From Basidiobolus meristosporus CBS 931.73 (taxonomy: Eukaryota > Fungi > Basidiobolomycota): a stretch of 64,000 nt of DNA. Location: the NCBI GenBank assembly GCA_002104905.1, contig MCFE01000006.1:62001-126000 (forward strand), read 5' to 3'. The notes below the pieces were generated by a model. That model had not been told where the DNA came from. It made no database searches and saw nothing but the letters and a program-made list of their open reading frames with translations. Each line of letters starts with the position of its first letter. Position 1 is the stretch's first letter. The position numbers were made by a program, and so were the translations under genes. Shown here piece after piece: positions 37,376 through 49,046 of this stretch.

Positions 37376-38917
37376 ATGCATTCCTCTACCTCAACCGCTG
37401 AATGCCAGTACTCCATTGAGATGGAGGCTACATATAGTGAGCATGGGGTGATGTCACAGCAATCATCCACCTTGACCTCCGGTTGCTTACCTACCATGGC
37501 CAACACTTCGCATCTAGTCCATCGTATTGCTAGCCCTCACGACTTCGAGCAGGAGTCGGATTCCCAGGATGAAGCTGACCCTCTACTACTCGGGACCAGG
37601 CGTATCTCAAATGATGACTTGAAAAAAGTGAAAAAGCAACAGGGAAAGGGAGTGTATTCCTTTTATGAAGAGCAAAACCAAATCATCAACGATTTGCTTT
37701 CCCCTGTGAAGGCTGCTTCTGTTGACGAGGATTCTCGACTAATAAAAGTATGGCATCTTATTTCTGATAGACTCGATAATAATCCAGCTAATTGAATCAT
37801 CTAGGTCAAAATTGCAGTTTATGGCTCCTTTGGGGCTAACATAGCGCTATTTTTTCTACAGCTTTATGCTGCAGTTAACTCTGGGTCGTTGTCTCTCTTT
37901 GCAACTATGGCTGATTCGTTTATGGATCTCTTTTCCAGTGCAGTTCTTGTTTTTGCTGCTAGGGCCGCAACCAACGGCAACCTGCTTAAATATCCTGTCG
38001 TATGTGCGCAGGCCTCGTTCCTATACTGATTCTATCTAAACGTCATCCATTAGGGGAAAGCGCGTATGGAGACGGTCGGAATCATCGTATTCTCAGCATT
38101 GATGGGCGCCCTCTCGTTACAATTAATAGTTCGTGCTCCTTATTGGGTATTTTTTCGGACGAGCACTAACCCACTAGGCAAATCGTAGATTGAGGGAGTT
38201 AGAACACTTCTTGGTCAAAACCATTCACCCGCGCTGGATACCTGGAGTATCGTGTGTGTTTCTTCAGCATTGGTCACCAAGTTCATTTTATATCTTTATT
38301 GTGGAGCACTTCGTGAATTCCCTGCTGCCAAAACTTTTGCACAGGACCATCAGAATGACCTTTTAGTGAACGGGTTTGGTTTGACTGCTTCACTATTAGG
38401 AACAAAGATTGCTTGGTGGATCGACCCAGTTGGGGCTCTGATTGTCGCTCTGGTTATATTGAGGTCTTGGACATCTACAGCATATGGTAATGACTGTTAT
38501 CAACATGGGTGTCTATCACACAAGATTGATTTTAATGGCTGCTCTGTTTCAAGAAAACATTCAATTGATTGTTGGGAAATCAGCGGATGCGAATTTCTTG
38601 AAGAAAGTCACCTATATTGGTTAGTCAATTAGAGACCATCCTTCTAAATTCAGCCAGGACTAACCTTTTTAATGCGCGCAGCATTGACTCATCACCCTAA
38701 GGTCCTACAAGTAGACACTTGTCGCGCTTATCACGCAGGCAACAATATGTTGGTTGAAGTTGATATCGTCATGTCACCCGATACACCACTAAGTGAAAGT
38801 CACGATATCGGCGAGAGTTTACAAATCAAATTAGAAACATTACCAAATGTAGAGCGAGCTTTTGTACATGTAGATTACGAAACAAGTCATCAACCGGAAC
38901 ATCAAAAATTCTTATGA
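37376..38917 (+). CDS. Cation diffusion facilitator, Mn-CDF/MTP type, multi-exon
   Basis: FYEEQNQII, SLSLFATMADSFMDLFS, YP|GKARMETVGIIVF, AQDHQND..VNGFG, WWIDPVGALIVAL, DTCRAYHAG..VEVDIVM..SHDIGESLQIKLETLPNVERAFVHVDYE. Confidence 0.95.
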
Positions 38918-39665
38918 GATCTTGTTGACGGTGACTCATGCAAGTAAGAAATGATCAGCTGGAAATCCATCCCGATTCCATACAGTATTTGCATGATTTC
39001 AATATTTATGCATGGTATATTCTACATAAACTATCCTGATTATCTTGATACGCATCGAATTGTCTCTGGATAATGTATCTAGGTAATATCTGAGACATTA
39101 TTTTTAATTTTGCGCTGACAGCCTCTTGAGAGAAGTTATTTGGTAGGGATGTTGAAAATGGTTTAGATCATGTCTCATGAGAGTGAGCCATGATCGCTGA
39201 CAATAGTTATCTTTGGTGGATTTACAAAGGAGGTTTGAGGTTGAGTAATCAAAAACGAGTTTGTTGCTAATAGGTAGCCGGTCACGACCAATATTTTAGA
39301 GGTTGTGGTCATTCCCATCTTTTATCCGCTTGGTCAATGGCACAGTACATTGTGTCATGTCAACAGCCCCAACAAACTGTAAGATAGGGTAGTTTAGGTG
39401 AAGATTTTCTTTATTTTTGAAGCATGGGACTTCCAAGTTCCAGCTGGCAGTCATTGGCTCTGAAAGTTGCTCGAAGATATCTAAGTAATCAAGCTTCCAG
39501 TGCTGCTGATATATTGAATTAAAGAACATGAAAAATCGTGATTTGTGTACAAGTATGGAAGGAGCTCTCAAAGAAATGGTAACTATACAGGATTACGAAA
39601 GGTAGTCACTAATTGACATGCTCAAAGATCTAATCGAAGATCTTCCCGACCCAGATTATGGCGAC

Positions 39666-40922
39666 TTATAGGCACATTGGAATTCCATTCGGAGGTTTCT
39701 CTGACTGATCATTGTTCTTCCTCTCCGTTGTTTGGATTACCTTGTCCTCCAGGCTGAGATTACTAGTCAAGTAGATATTATACCCACTCTCTTCAGTCCC
39801 AGAGATTGATAAGTTAATATCAGAGTTGCGTGATGGATTCAGATGCACTATGTATGGGCGGTCAATTGTCTCACTCTCGGACACGGTGTTTGCGTTGTCG
39901 GACAATTGACACTTTTTCAAGCACCATAGTACAACCTTAGGCTTCCATGGTACAACATCATCCAGAGTATTCGAGGAGGTTAAGGAGCTAGCGTAACGGT
40001 CTGAAAGGTCGGCGTGGATACGTTTATACGCATGAACAACGGCTGGATCAAACAGAAACACCAGTGTATTGAACGTTCCTTGCAACGCACCAGCAAAGTA
40101 AGCCAAGAAGAATAGGTAAAAGTTTGCCTCCCTGTGAACGTAGACATCCATTTCTTGCATTATGTTGACACCCTGAGTGAAGATGGGAATTATCGGGTAT
40201 AGCACAATTCGACGTACAGCCTTAAGAACGTCCCTGTCGATATTGGTTTTGCCCTGCCATTCTGATCCAAGCTCATGACTTGCGGTGTGTTGGATTTGCT
40301 CCCGAATAATCCGGCTTTCCTTCACTAGCTTGTAGATCACCAGGCTGACCGCAATCGTGCAATAGAGTACGCTTATTGCGATCCAACCCAAGTAGGTCAT
40401 CCACTCCCAGAGTATGGTTTTGGAGGTGTAACTGTTGGTCCACCAGCAGGTTTCAGCAATTGAATAGTATCCGTACTTTCCTTCGAAGAATGGGGTGAGG
40501 CTTATGATCAGGGAGAGAGAAAATGATATAATGTAGTAATATTTCACATAGCTAGAGGTATTACTTTTTCCGTGGACAAAAACTATTTGTAAATTAAAGG
40601 CGATCATAGTGTTCAAAAATAAATAAAGAAGAGTGAACCATACGATGAGCCAAACGCTCAACGCACACCAAATGCTGTCGTTGTTGTTCTGTACGTTCAA
40701 TATCTGGGCACCACAGAAGCCAACATCCACCAGCGCCATCCATTTGTTTAGCCTTAGTGAGACTCGGTTTACCAGGTGTCGATCGTAGTACTTCAATCCC
40801 AGTAATAAAAGAAAAGCGGTAGCTGAGAAGGCCATGGAAATGCAGTTCGCGGCCAGTGCTGCAGTAAATACCGATCCATACTGATTATTTATGTTGGAGA
40901 AAACCGGTACCGTCGTCAACAT
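39666..40922 (-). CDS. GPCR-like 7TM receptor (cAMP-receptor/Git3-like class), intronless
   Basis: 418-aa ORF; LVNRVSLRL after TM1, CALSVW, YGYYSIAETCWW, RIVLYPIIPIFTQ, LQGTFNTLVFLFDPAV; Ser/Thr-rich tail. Confidence 0.85.
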   Translation of the reverse strand: MLTTVPVFSNINNQYGSVFTAALAANCISMAFSATAFLLLLGLKYYDRHLVNRVSLRLNKWMALVDVGFCGAQILNVQNNNDSIWCALSVWLIVWFTLLYLFLNTMIAFNLQIVFVHGKSNTSSYVKYYYIISFSLSLIISLTPFFEGKYGYYSIAETCWWTNSYTSKTILWEWMTYLGWIAISVLYCTIAVSLVIYKLVKESRIIREQIQHTASHELGSEWQGKTNIDRDVLKAVRRIVLYPIIPIFTQGVNIMQEMDVYVHREANFYLFFLAYFAGALQGTFNTLVFLFDPAVVHAYKRIHADLSDRYASSLTSSNTLDDVVPWKPKVVLWCLKKCQLSDNANTVSESETIDRPYIVHLNPSRNSDINLSISGTEESGYNIYLTSNLSLEDKVIQTTERKNNDQSEKPPNGIPMCL

Positions 40923-42690
40923 GCTACCGTCTGTCCGCTATTTCTCTCAGCGGTTATATCACGAAGTGAGGTGAAGATGCTCTGTAAATATGCAGGTCAG
41001 GATATGGCTCATTTATGATCGAAACAAGGTGGTAAGCTCAATGGCCTCTTTGTTACAAGAGGTTGAATTCTTTATGGTAAAGTAGACGAGAATGAAGCTG
41101 AGATAGGATTTGTGAGTGAGATCTTGCTGCCGTGAAGGCTAGGATTAGAAATCGAGTGAGCAATCAAAATAGTACAAGCAGCAGTGAGGAGAATCACAAG
41201 GCTATATTCAAGAATTGGATTTAGGAATTTGGGTGCTTTAATACATTCGAATATTAGGGGTGAATCACCAACCACTAGATTGTTATGAATATCTTTGAAT
41301 CTACAACATCATCCCCTCATACGAATTAGGTCTTGCATTAGAAAAGAAGAGACGGGGTACGGGAGAGACCTAGTCAACCACCATCTGTGGTTCCAACTTC
41401 ACTGAGATAATCATCGAATCAATTTTCGCCTTGGCTTTTTTTACAAATGAGGTGTCGTAAAACGAAACTAATCGATGGTGAAATCTCCCACTTGCTTGTG
41501 ATTCAACTCAGGCTTTTTTGAGCCGCGGCTGGGTCGAATTCTTTTGGGTTTGGTTTTAAAGTGGGCCTCGGAAACCCATTTATCGCAGTCGAAAACTCAA
41601 CTAAACCTAACCACTTCCGCACCAATGGCGTTAGAAATGAAAATTCCTTGCCACTGCTTGGATCCAATTTTATTAATATCTACAATGCAGCCAAGCCGAT
41701 TGAACAGCCTTTGGAAAAGGAAACACGGATCAGCTCCGAGTACTTTACGGCGGCAGCGACAATGGGGACATCTGCGATGGTTCTAAGACAATATTTTGCT
41801 TGATGTTTCCGTTACTCCAACCCAATCATAGGACGATCATGAGTGGGTGAAGCCTAAGGCACCTATGATACGAGTGTAGCCATTACAAACTGCTGATGTT
41901 GTATATGAAACGATACATCCCAATAATGGGATGAAGCCCACGTACCGAAACAATAATTCTTTCCGCATATTATTGTTATAAAATTAACTCTAGTCTACAT
42001 AGCCAATGATCGCGACGTGTTTGTTAATCTTCTGCAAAGCCAATCGCCAACCCGCTCTATGCGAATTCCTCTGCACCATCTCTAGCTGGTCAATCACCTA
42101 GATTACATCATCGAGAGTAGGGGTCGAGGTGCTATGAGCTGCAGTTGCCTGTACGCTCTGTTATCAATGGTTGGGCAGCACTGACTGCCCTGAGGTACCT
42201 TGGCAGCGACAGCACCTTCTTTCCGACGTTGACATGCAGACTGACCGCATTGTTTGTTATGAATCCAGTGTGTCAAAGCAGGACATCCCAGGCTCTGCTT
42301 GATCACGAAGTCGATTTACTGTTGTATTGAATGATGACCATTCTCTGGGTTGTTGAGCACAATATCTAATGATTTTACACAGCACCAATCAGACTCCCCA
42401 AGCGCCTGATCGCATGCCAGCGAGTTTGGCTTAGATGTCAACATGTGATGGTGTTCATGCCATCCCTGAAGCTAATCTCCTTTTCTCCTAACCGCATGAT
42501 ACTCGAAATCTACCCTTTGATTGCCAACGTTGCTTATCCAATGTGTCAACCGAGACACAATTGAGCCTTCGCTATGGGGTAAATTTGAGAGCAGTATGCG
42601 CAAGTGAAATCGATGTGATACTTGATTTTCTATTGATTTTATTTATTATTTATAAACGAACAATCTCGATTCTCTAATATATTAATGGAT

Positions 42691-43685
42691 TTAGGCAAAG
42701 ACCTGGTCTACTGGGTCTTCCTCTAACTGAGCCTCAGACAGCTTAGCCTCACGCTGCTTCTGAGCAGCAGTACGAGTGGTGTATTTGGTGGCCTTTTGGC
42801 GACGCATACTGGCACGAACGGCGTTGGGCGAGATGTATTGAGCATTTTCGTAAAGGGTTGCTCCTCCGAAACTACCTTGGAATATACGAATAGGGTTGAG
42901 GACGAAACGAGGACCAATCTCGACCAAACTCATCTCCTTCTTTAAGGTGCCATCCAAAGCATCCTTCTCCACAATTTGGTAGTTACGGAACCAGATACGG
43001 TTGTCGACAATAGAAAAGGAGATGACGTGATCAATGAAAGGCTTGCTCTTTCTAGTTCCCTTGGGGACACCGAATACTTGAGTGAACACCTCCTTCAAGA
43101 GACCGTAATGTGGCTCACTATCAAAGTTTTTGTCGAAAGAGAGAATGTGACGGGAGCCCTTGAGGCAGTTTCCGGTCATTTTCAACTCGTCCATGGTGTG
43201 GACTAACGCATGAAAGAAGACTAGTAAATAACATATCCTTAACCCAGATGTGGGGAATGATCTACTTACTGTTCTGGACGTGGAACTTCGCACTAGGACC
43301 GTTGGGGGTTTTAGAGATCCAAAGGTAAAGATCTTGATGCTTGCGTGACTCAAAGTATATACAGTTGTTGCAGTTGTTGAGTTCGGCCAATTCATTTAAA
43401 ATGTAAAGTTTGGACTTCGAATCGAGTTTGGTGTCTAAGGGAAATTCAAGTGATTAGTGGTTTGTGATATAGCAACACCTCGACCTCAGTAAGACTCGAG
43501 TTGGATTTACCTTTCTTTGCTTGAGGAAGAAGAGCCTCCAAATCAGTCATCAGATGTCTTTGTCTATAGGTAATACCACGAGAAGTGAGCATCATAACTC
43601 TTTGCTTGTTTCTGACCACAGGCTTGTCAGCACCCGAGTCTTTGTCAGCATTCTTTTTCGCGGCGTTTTTGAATACAGTAGCCAT
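42691..43685 (-). CDS. BRX1: Ribosome biogenesis protein Brx1 (Brix domain); 3 exons
   Basis: NKQRVMMLTSRGITYRQRHLMTDL, GPSAKFHVQN|VHTMDELKMTGNCLKGSR, DNRIWFRNYQI, LVEIGPRFVLNPIRIFQGSFGG. Confidence 0.97.
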
Positions 43686-43907
43686 GGTATTCTAGTCCAG
43701 AAGGGAAGTAAATAAGATAGGGAAAGACCGAGAAGGAATACTAAAGCTGAATGTATATAAAATACCAGAGAAAATAATCACTAGATTTCCAAGCGAACTT
43801 TTCTCCTCCAGGAAAATGATTTTTTTTTTTTACGTCGAAACGATTTTTTGGAAAAAAAAACCGCTTTGAATCACACTCAAATTCAGCCTCACATGCCTTG
43901 GATTGCG

Positions 43908-43923
43908 TTTGAAAATTTTCAAA
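43908..43923. promoter_or_regulatory. RRPE-like element (TGAAAATTTT) on both strands inside the perfect palindrome TTTGAAAATTTTCAAA
   Basis: About 225 bp upstream of the BRX1 ATG; matches the yeast RRPE consensus typical of ribosome-biogenesis promoters. Confidence 0.5.
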
Positions 43924-44358
43924 ATGATCGATAGCTTTTGTGGTAGTCATGTTCTAAAACTTAATCAGGATTTGGTTCATCCATGGACTCGCAAAATGCA
44001 TGATGATACAATTTTTACGACAGTGGCCAGTTTGCATTTGAAATATTTGAGTAAAGAAGGGGATGATCATTCTCGGAATCTACGTAAATTCGTGTGTCAA
44101 GGGTTTAGGTCTGTTCGTAGTGGAGCATTCCTAGCTTCTCACTGATTGCACTTCGGGTTTCCTCGTGTGGACGGATCACATAAAAAGCCAGTATATGATA
44201 AATAATGGCTCATAAGACATGAAACTCTATATAATAAGGTGAACTCGTAGATATTGGTTTATTCATGTCAATTAAAATAAGGGAAATGGGGCTGCTATAT
44301 CGACCACCGTGATGAGTCGCCATATCGCTACTTCATCTGCCATTAGGAATAGGCTCCA

Positions 44359-45501
44359 TCAAATAAATCTCTCTCCAATTGCCTTAAGGGGTATATCGAT
44401 TGGCAATTGCTTTGTGCTCTCGCCTTGGAGCTCTGAGTCGACTCTGGTGAAATGATCCGGTAGAGACGGCCGCCGCAAAACTCCATGACAACGTTTATCC
44501 CCTGTCCATGTTTTGTTTCTTTGGAGTTTTTCACTGACACTTCCCATCACTTTTGCGATGGTGGACCATGGGAATGCGCTCGTTGATAGCCTAGAAAGTT
44601 CTGTATGAGTTAAGTTGTCCTGGCCGCTGTGCTGTACGGGAAGGTCACATACCAATAATCGGTTGCGGAGTTAAATGTTCTTGAAGAAGCTGAGGAAGAA
44701 AGTCGTGGCCGTGGGACTGGACGTTGCGTGGATGTTTCGCTGGCCAGCGGCGAAAAAAATATGGCCCTTTGCTCCAAACAGTTCTTCTGCTCAATTTCCT
44801 CGCCCATCAATAGCTTTACTCCAATTGTTTCGATCTCTTTCTGGCTAATACTGCAGAGATCGCTCGGAAGATAAATGTTTTCACGAATTTGGATCGGGTC
44901 TGTTGGCCATAACTTGTTGATTCTTCGCAGGCGCTCGACCTTCAAAATATATGGAAGATTAGTTGAACAGTCACTATGAGATGACAAATCGATTCGGCGG
45001 TACCTCGATCCCATATCTAAGAGCTACACCATGAATCGTATCCGCTTGGGTAACTTTGTGCACAATAAATTGTTTCGATTTGATAGTCAATGTTGGAACT
45101 GACATAGACCTTGGTCTGGTAATAGGGCTTGAGATGGCTTCGTGAATCTCCGCTCGTACGGCCGCTTGTGAATCTATCTTGAACTCTTCATCGGAGGGTG
45201 TGGTCAGTGGATCTTGTTGGATCTTCCCGGTAATCCGGGAGAAGGTAGCTGGTCGTCTAGGGTTAAGTGGGTGATATAATACATGTTCTACATTTTTTAC
45301 GGATTGTGGTGAGGTTGTAGCAATGGCTGGGGATAAAGTCGATCGAGGTTCTGGCCTTGAAATGGGGTGTGAGGTGCTAATGTCTGGGTCAACCTGTGAG
45401 ATTGAATTCGAGTTTTCGGAATCTTCTACAGAGTCTGGAAAAGAGGGGCTTTTAAAAGAAAGGTGCGCATGATTAGGCAAGGGGAGATGAAGGGTAGCCA
45501 T
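44359..45501 (-). CDS. Single-LysM-domain protein without signal peptide; 3 exons
   Basis: FIVHKVTQADTIHGVALRYGIE|VERLRRINKLWPTDPIQIRENIYLP (LysM split by an intron); Ser/Pro-rich flanks; last exon ends GERFI*. Confidence 0.85.
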
Positions 45502-46043
45502 GTCCTTGGGTCACAAAACTGGAGGGATTCAAGGACTGTAACACAAAGCAAATGCTCACGGGGAATTCTTGTTTTGGATCAAGAATTGTATGAAAAGCCA
45601 CTTTAAAAATATCAGTGGTAAACGACTAGAAGGCCTCAAATAGCTTTAAATACAGCAGCTTGTCAAGAAGGGAAGAAAGGGTGCGCTAGATGCAAACACT
45701 GCAAGAGATATATTACAAGAAAGCAAGAGCTATAAAAAAATATTATATCAAACCAAAGCTGAGTTTGATCAATCACTTTATCAAGTAGTGTTGGGTGACG
45801 GGTAAAGTCACGGATGGCTGCTTTTTATTCCATAAATTTGCATATTTGGCAATCTATGATGAATTTAAGTAGATGGAGTAGCAAATAAGGTCAAAGCCTC
45901 ATCCTAGGAAATCTATTGGTGCCTCCTTAATCTTTCTTGCGTTTCCTGTTGCTACTTTGCTTGAAATATCCAGGTCAACTGAGTGAATGTTTAATTTCTG
46001 AATCAGAACATTGCATCGTGCGAGGTTGACAGAATGTACGGAA

Positions 46044-46061
46044 ATATATATATATATATAT
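46044..46061. repeat. (AT)9 microsatellite
   Basis: Direct read of ATATATATATATATATAT. Confidence 0.9.
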
Positions 46062-47878
46062 CAAGGTGAACTGTTTCCCTATTTAATACGTTCAATTCAC
46101 TTATCATAATATGCCCGATGTGGTTTGAAAGGGAGAGGGGAAATTAATCTATTCCGAATCAACATCAGAAGACGAATGCACACATTAGCCGAGGAAAAGC
46201 ATACCAAACGTCGGTTGCGAATGATTCTAATCTCGTGATAACAGCGGTCACACCAAAGCCGTCTAACGCGATTAGATGACTGTGAAGTCAAGAGAGAATA
46301 ATTATGAACCTATCGTTATTGCAAGTGTTGCGAATGTTCATGATAGCTCGCCCTACCAAATTACGTGTAACCAACTGTAAATGGAAAGAATCTCGATTTC
46401 TATTATTAAATCCTATCTATATATAACAAATTCATCAGCACCACTTGTGAACAGTATTCTAGCTATATAGGTGCTATCATCGGGCTACTGGATAATGGCA
46501 AAACTACTTACGAATCTTCAAAGTCGAGAATTTCTTGGCATTTTTCCGGCCGTGCATCGCCGGTTCGGCCTGTATTGTGATGCCTTGATGCCAACAAATG
46601 GAGCGTGGAAACGAAGCTACACAGATTTGAAAGAGCTGTGGGAGAAGTATTGGGCAGCTATGGTTACTCATATCGGTCTGCCATACAGCCTGTACATTCT
46701 GTGTTTGAAGACCACAGCCAGTATTCTATAGTGATATGACTGTAGACGCAGCATACAAGTAATCATCCAAACCTTTGCAGATATGGCTGTTGTGATTCAT
46801 TGAGAAGCTATAGTTCAGAATAGCGCCATCGGAAATCGATATCTGAACATTGTTGGTCATTAATGTTTAGTCCGAACACCGAGCAAGAGTGATCACTGCC
46901 TTATGTCTATCAGGTCAAGGTGATTGTTTTTATGCCCCCGAAAGTTGATGCGCATGCACTAGCCTCCCCTCATGTACCTCATGTAGACTGGCCTTTCATT
47001 ATTCCAGAAGTTGCCCTACAAAGTGGTCAACAAGTCCGAAGCAGACACTCGAGTCCATGGTGATACTGAGCACGCGTGGGTGTCTTGGCCAAGGCATCTT
47101 TTGTAGGTAGGGTTGATAACACTCAGATATCCAACAAATTGCCATATTGATCGATAATGGGAATCTATTGGCTGTCCGGCTAATCCGTTATCAAAACCAC
47201 TTGCGGAAACGTATGACTCTTGATTCTGTAGGAATTATCAAATACGAATCAGACCCTTATTGTACCGTAAAAAAATATACCTGCTTGGGGTAAAACGTGG
47301 AATAATGGTAGCTGCCGGGTCATGATATGTGGCATGAAGGGTCAGCAAAATTCCCCGAAATGGCGGAAGCACATGATGCTGAAATGAAAAACTGGATAAT
47401 CATTGTTCTTGGCATCATCAATCTTGGTGATATCTTGCGAAGGGCTACCAATGAGTTTGTTGTATCCGTACACATTCACAATGGTGTCTAGTGATAGTGT
47501 GGTTTACTTTTGTTTTCGTGAATTTATTAGTAAGGATCTACAAAATTAGTGTGCATCAATGCGATCCTAAAAACGTACTGATTAGATTGGCCGTACTCAT
47601 TCCTCATGCTTAAATAAAAATCATATGCAGAGGTTATTGTCAATCTGTGGCTAGGCGTTTCAGTGGGTTATGTATAGAGTGAGTTGAAGGGGAGGTGGGA
47701 AAAGGAATATCTACAGCATGATGATGCGCACATGGGCAGAGCGCAAAGGGGTTTCCTTGCAGCATGTCCTATTCTTTGGCTACTTGAACCAGTGGAGTGT
47801 ACTTTTCGTTACGTACAATTTCATAATATCGATAGAATATCGACATAAAATAGACATCTAGAATCATCTATTGAGATT

Positions 47879-48468
47879 TTAGTTCCCAAGTTCAGTGGTG
47901 ATAAGCACAATAAAGCAGTGATTTACCGTAGTAACTGTCATCCATATTAACGCGCCATGATGGGTGATGACTGAGAGAACCAACAGCCCAATTGTGCCAA
48001 GGATTTCCAAGGCCATCGATGCAAGTAGGTTGCCTATCAATAGGTAACTAGATCTGAAGAGTCCTAGGATGCCAATAATCGAGTAAAAGATCCTTAATAC
48101 AGTAATACACATGGGTAGCCATAGGCTTTGAGCCACGGCAAGCCGAACTTTGTTGGCTTTGGGGTCCAGAATTTCCAAGTGACGGACTAACAGGCATATG
48201 GTGATAATACTAGAAATCTATTCGCCGATTAGTTTATACAATTAGCGTTAGATTTTCACAAGAAACTTACCAATTCAATTCCCAGTACAGTATATCCAAC
48301 GTCTAGGTAAAAGGAATCATCCCTCATAGGCTCATAGTCACATTCAGCAGAGAACTCCTGCGGAAGCACGTTTGAGTCAGAGCCAGAGTAGAGAACTTTA
48401 CCTGGCAAAGGTTGCTCCGAGTCTACAGAGATTTGTGTGTAGGACATAGTGAGGGTGAAAGCTTCCAT
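47879..48468 (-). CDS. Hypothetical membrane protein with about four TM segments; 2 exons
   Basis: MSYTQISVDSEQ..VGYTVLGIEL|ISSIITICLLVRH joined in frame by a GTAAGT..TAG intron; further hydrophobic stretches follow. Confidence 0.6.
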
Positions 48469-49046
48469 CTTGTCTTCGCTGTATCTTATATACGAGAGCT
48501 TGTAATGAGGCTTAATTGGATCTTCCTGATTTAGTGAATGCTATGCCAAGCCAGATTGGAGGAGTACCTGCTGTTATTAATAGCAATCACCCTACCGGTT
48601 ACACATACGGCTATAGTAAAACCAAGTACGTTGGCAGTTTTTAAGGGGATCAATTTTCTATAACTAAAGTAGCCCATTTGTAGGTTAGCAACTGGTATAG
48701 ATTTCAGGTTCCAGCCAACAAAATGTAAGTATAATGGAGCTATTGGCTTCAGCAAATTCAATAGGTCAAAACGGTTTTGATCCTTCATAGGCTGCTGAGC
48801 CATACAATGCCTTCAAATATAGTATAATGCACAAAAGAGACTACGATCAAACAAACCTGTAAAACATTTATTCAATATCAATGTTCGTATCATGGTACAT
48901 TGCGCTAGTAATATGTACTTTTAAAAAAGTAAAGTAACCTGAGATGACACGAACGCTGCCAATACAAAAAATCCATAATCAATTTGCTGAGCTCACTACA
49001 TCATCCATAAATACCAGGAATACTGCAACCCGACTTCAGTGTGGCA

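Noticed and set aside
39296-39571. FVGAVDMTQ resembling the PIF/Harbinger transposase GAIDGTH motif
   Set aside because: Single weak motif, no further catalytic residues or TIRs seen; tBLASTn against Harbinger transposases would decide.
41072-42330. Several 60-80-aa ORFs on both strands
   Set aside because: No motifs, no splice-supported model; lengths within chance expectation.
48531-48803. 90-aa ATG ORF on the - strand
   Set aside because: No recognisable homology; could be untranslated sequence downstream of the monooxygenase gene.
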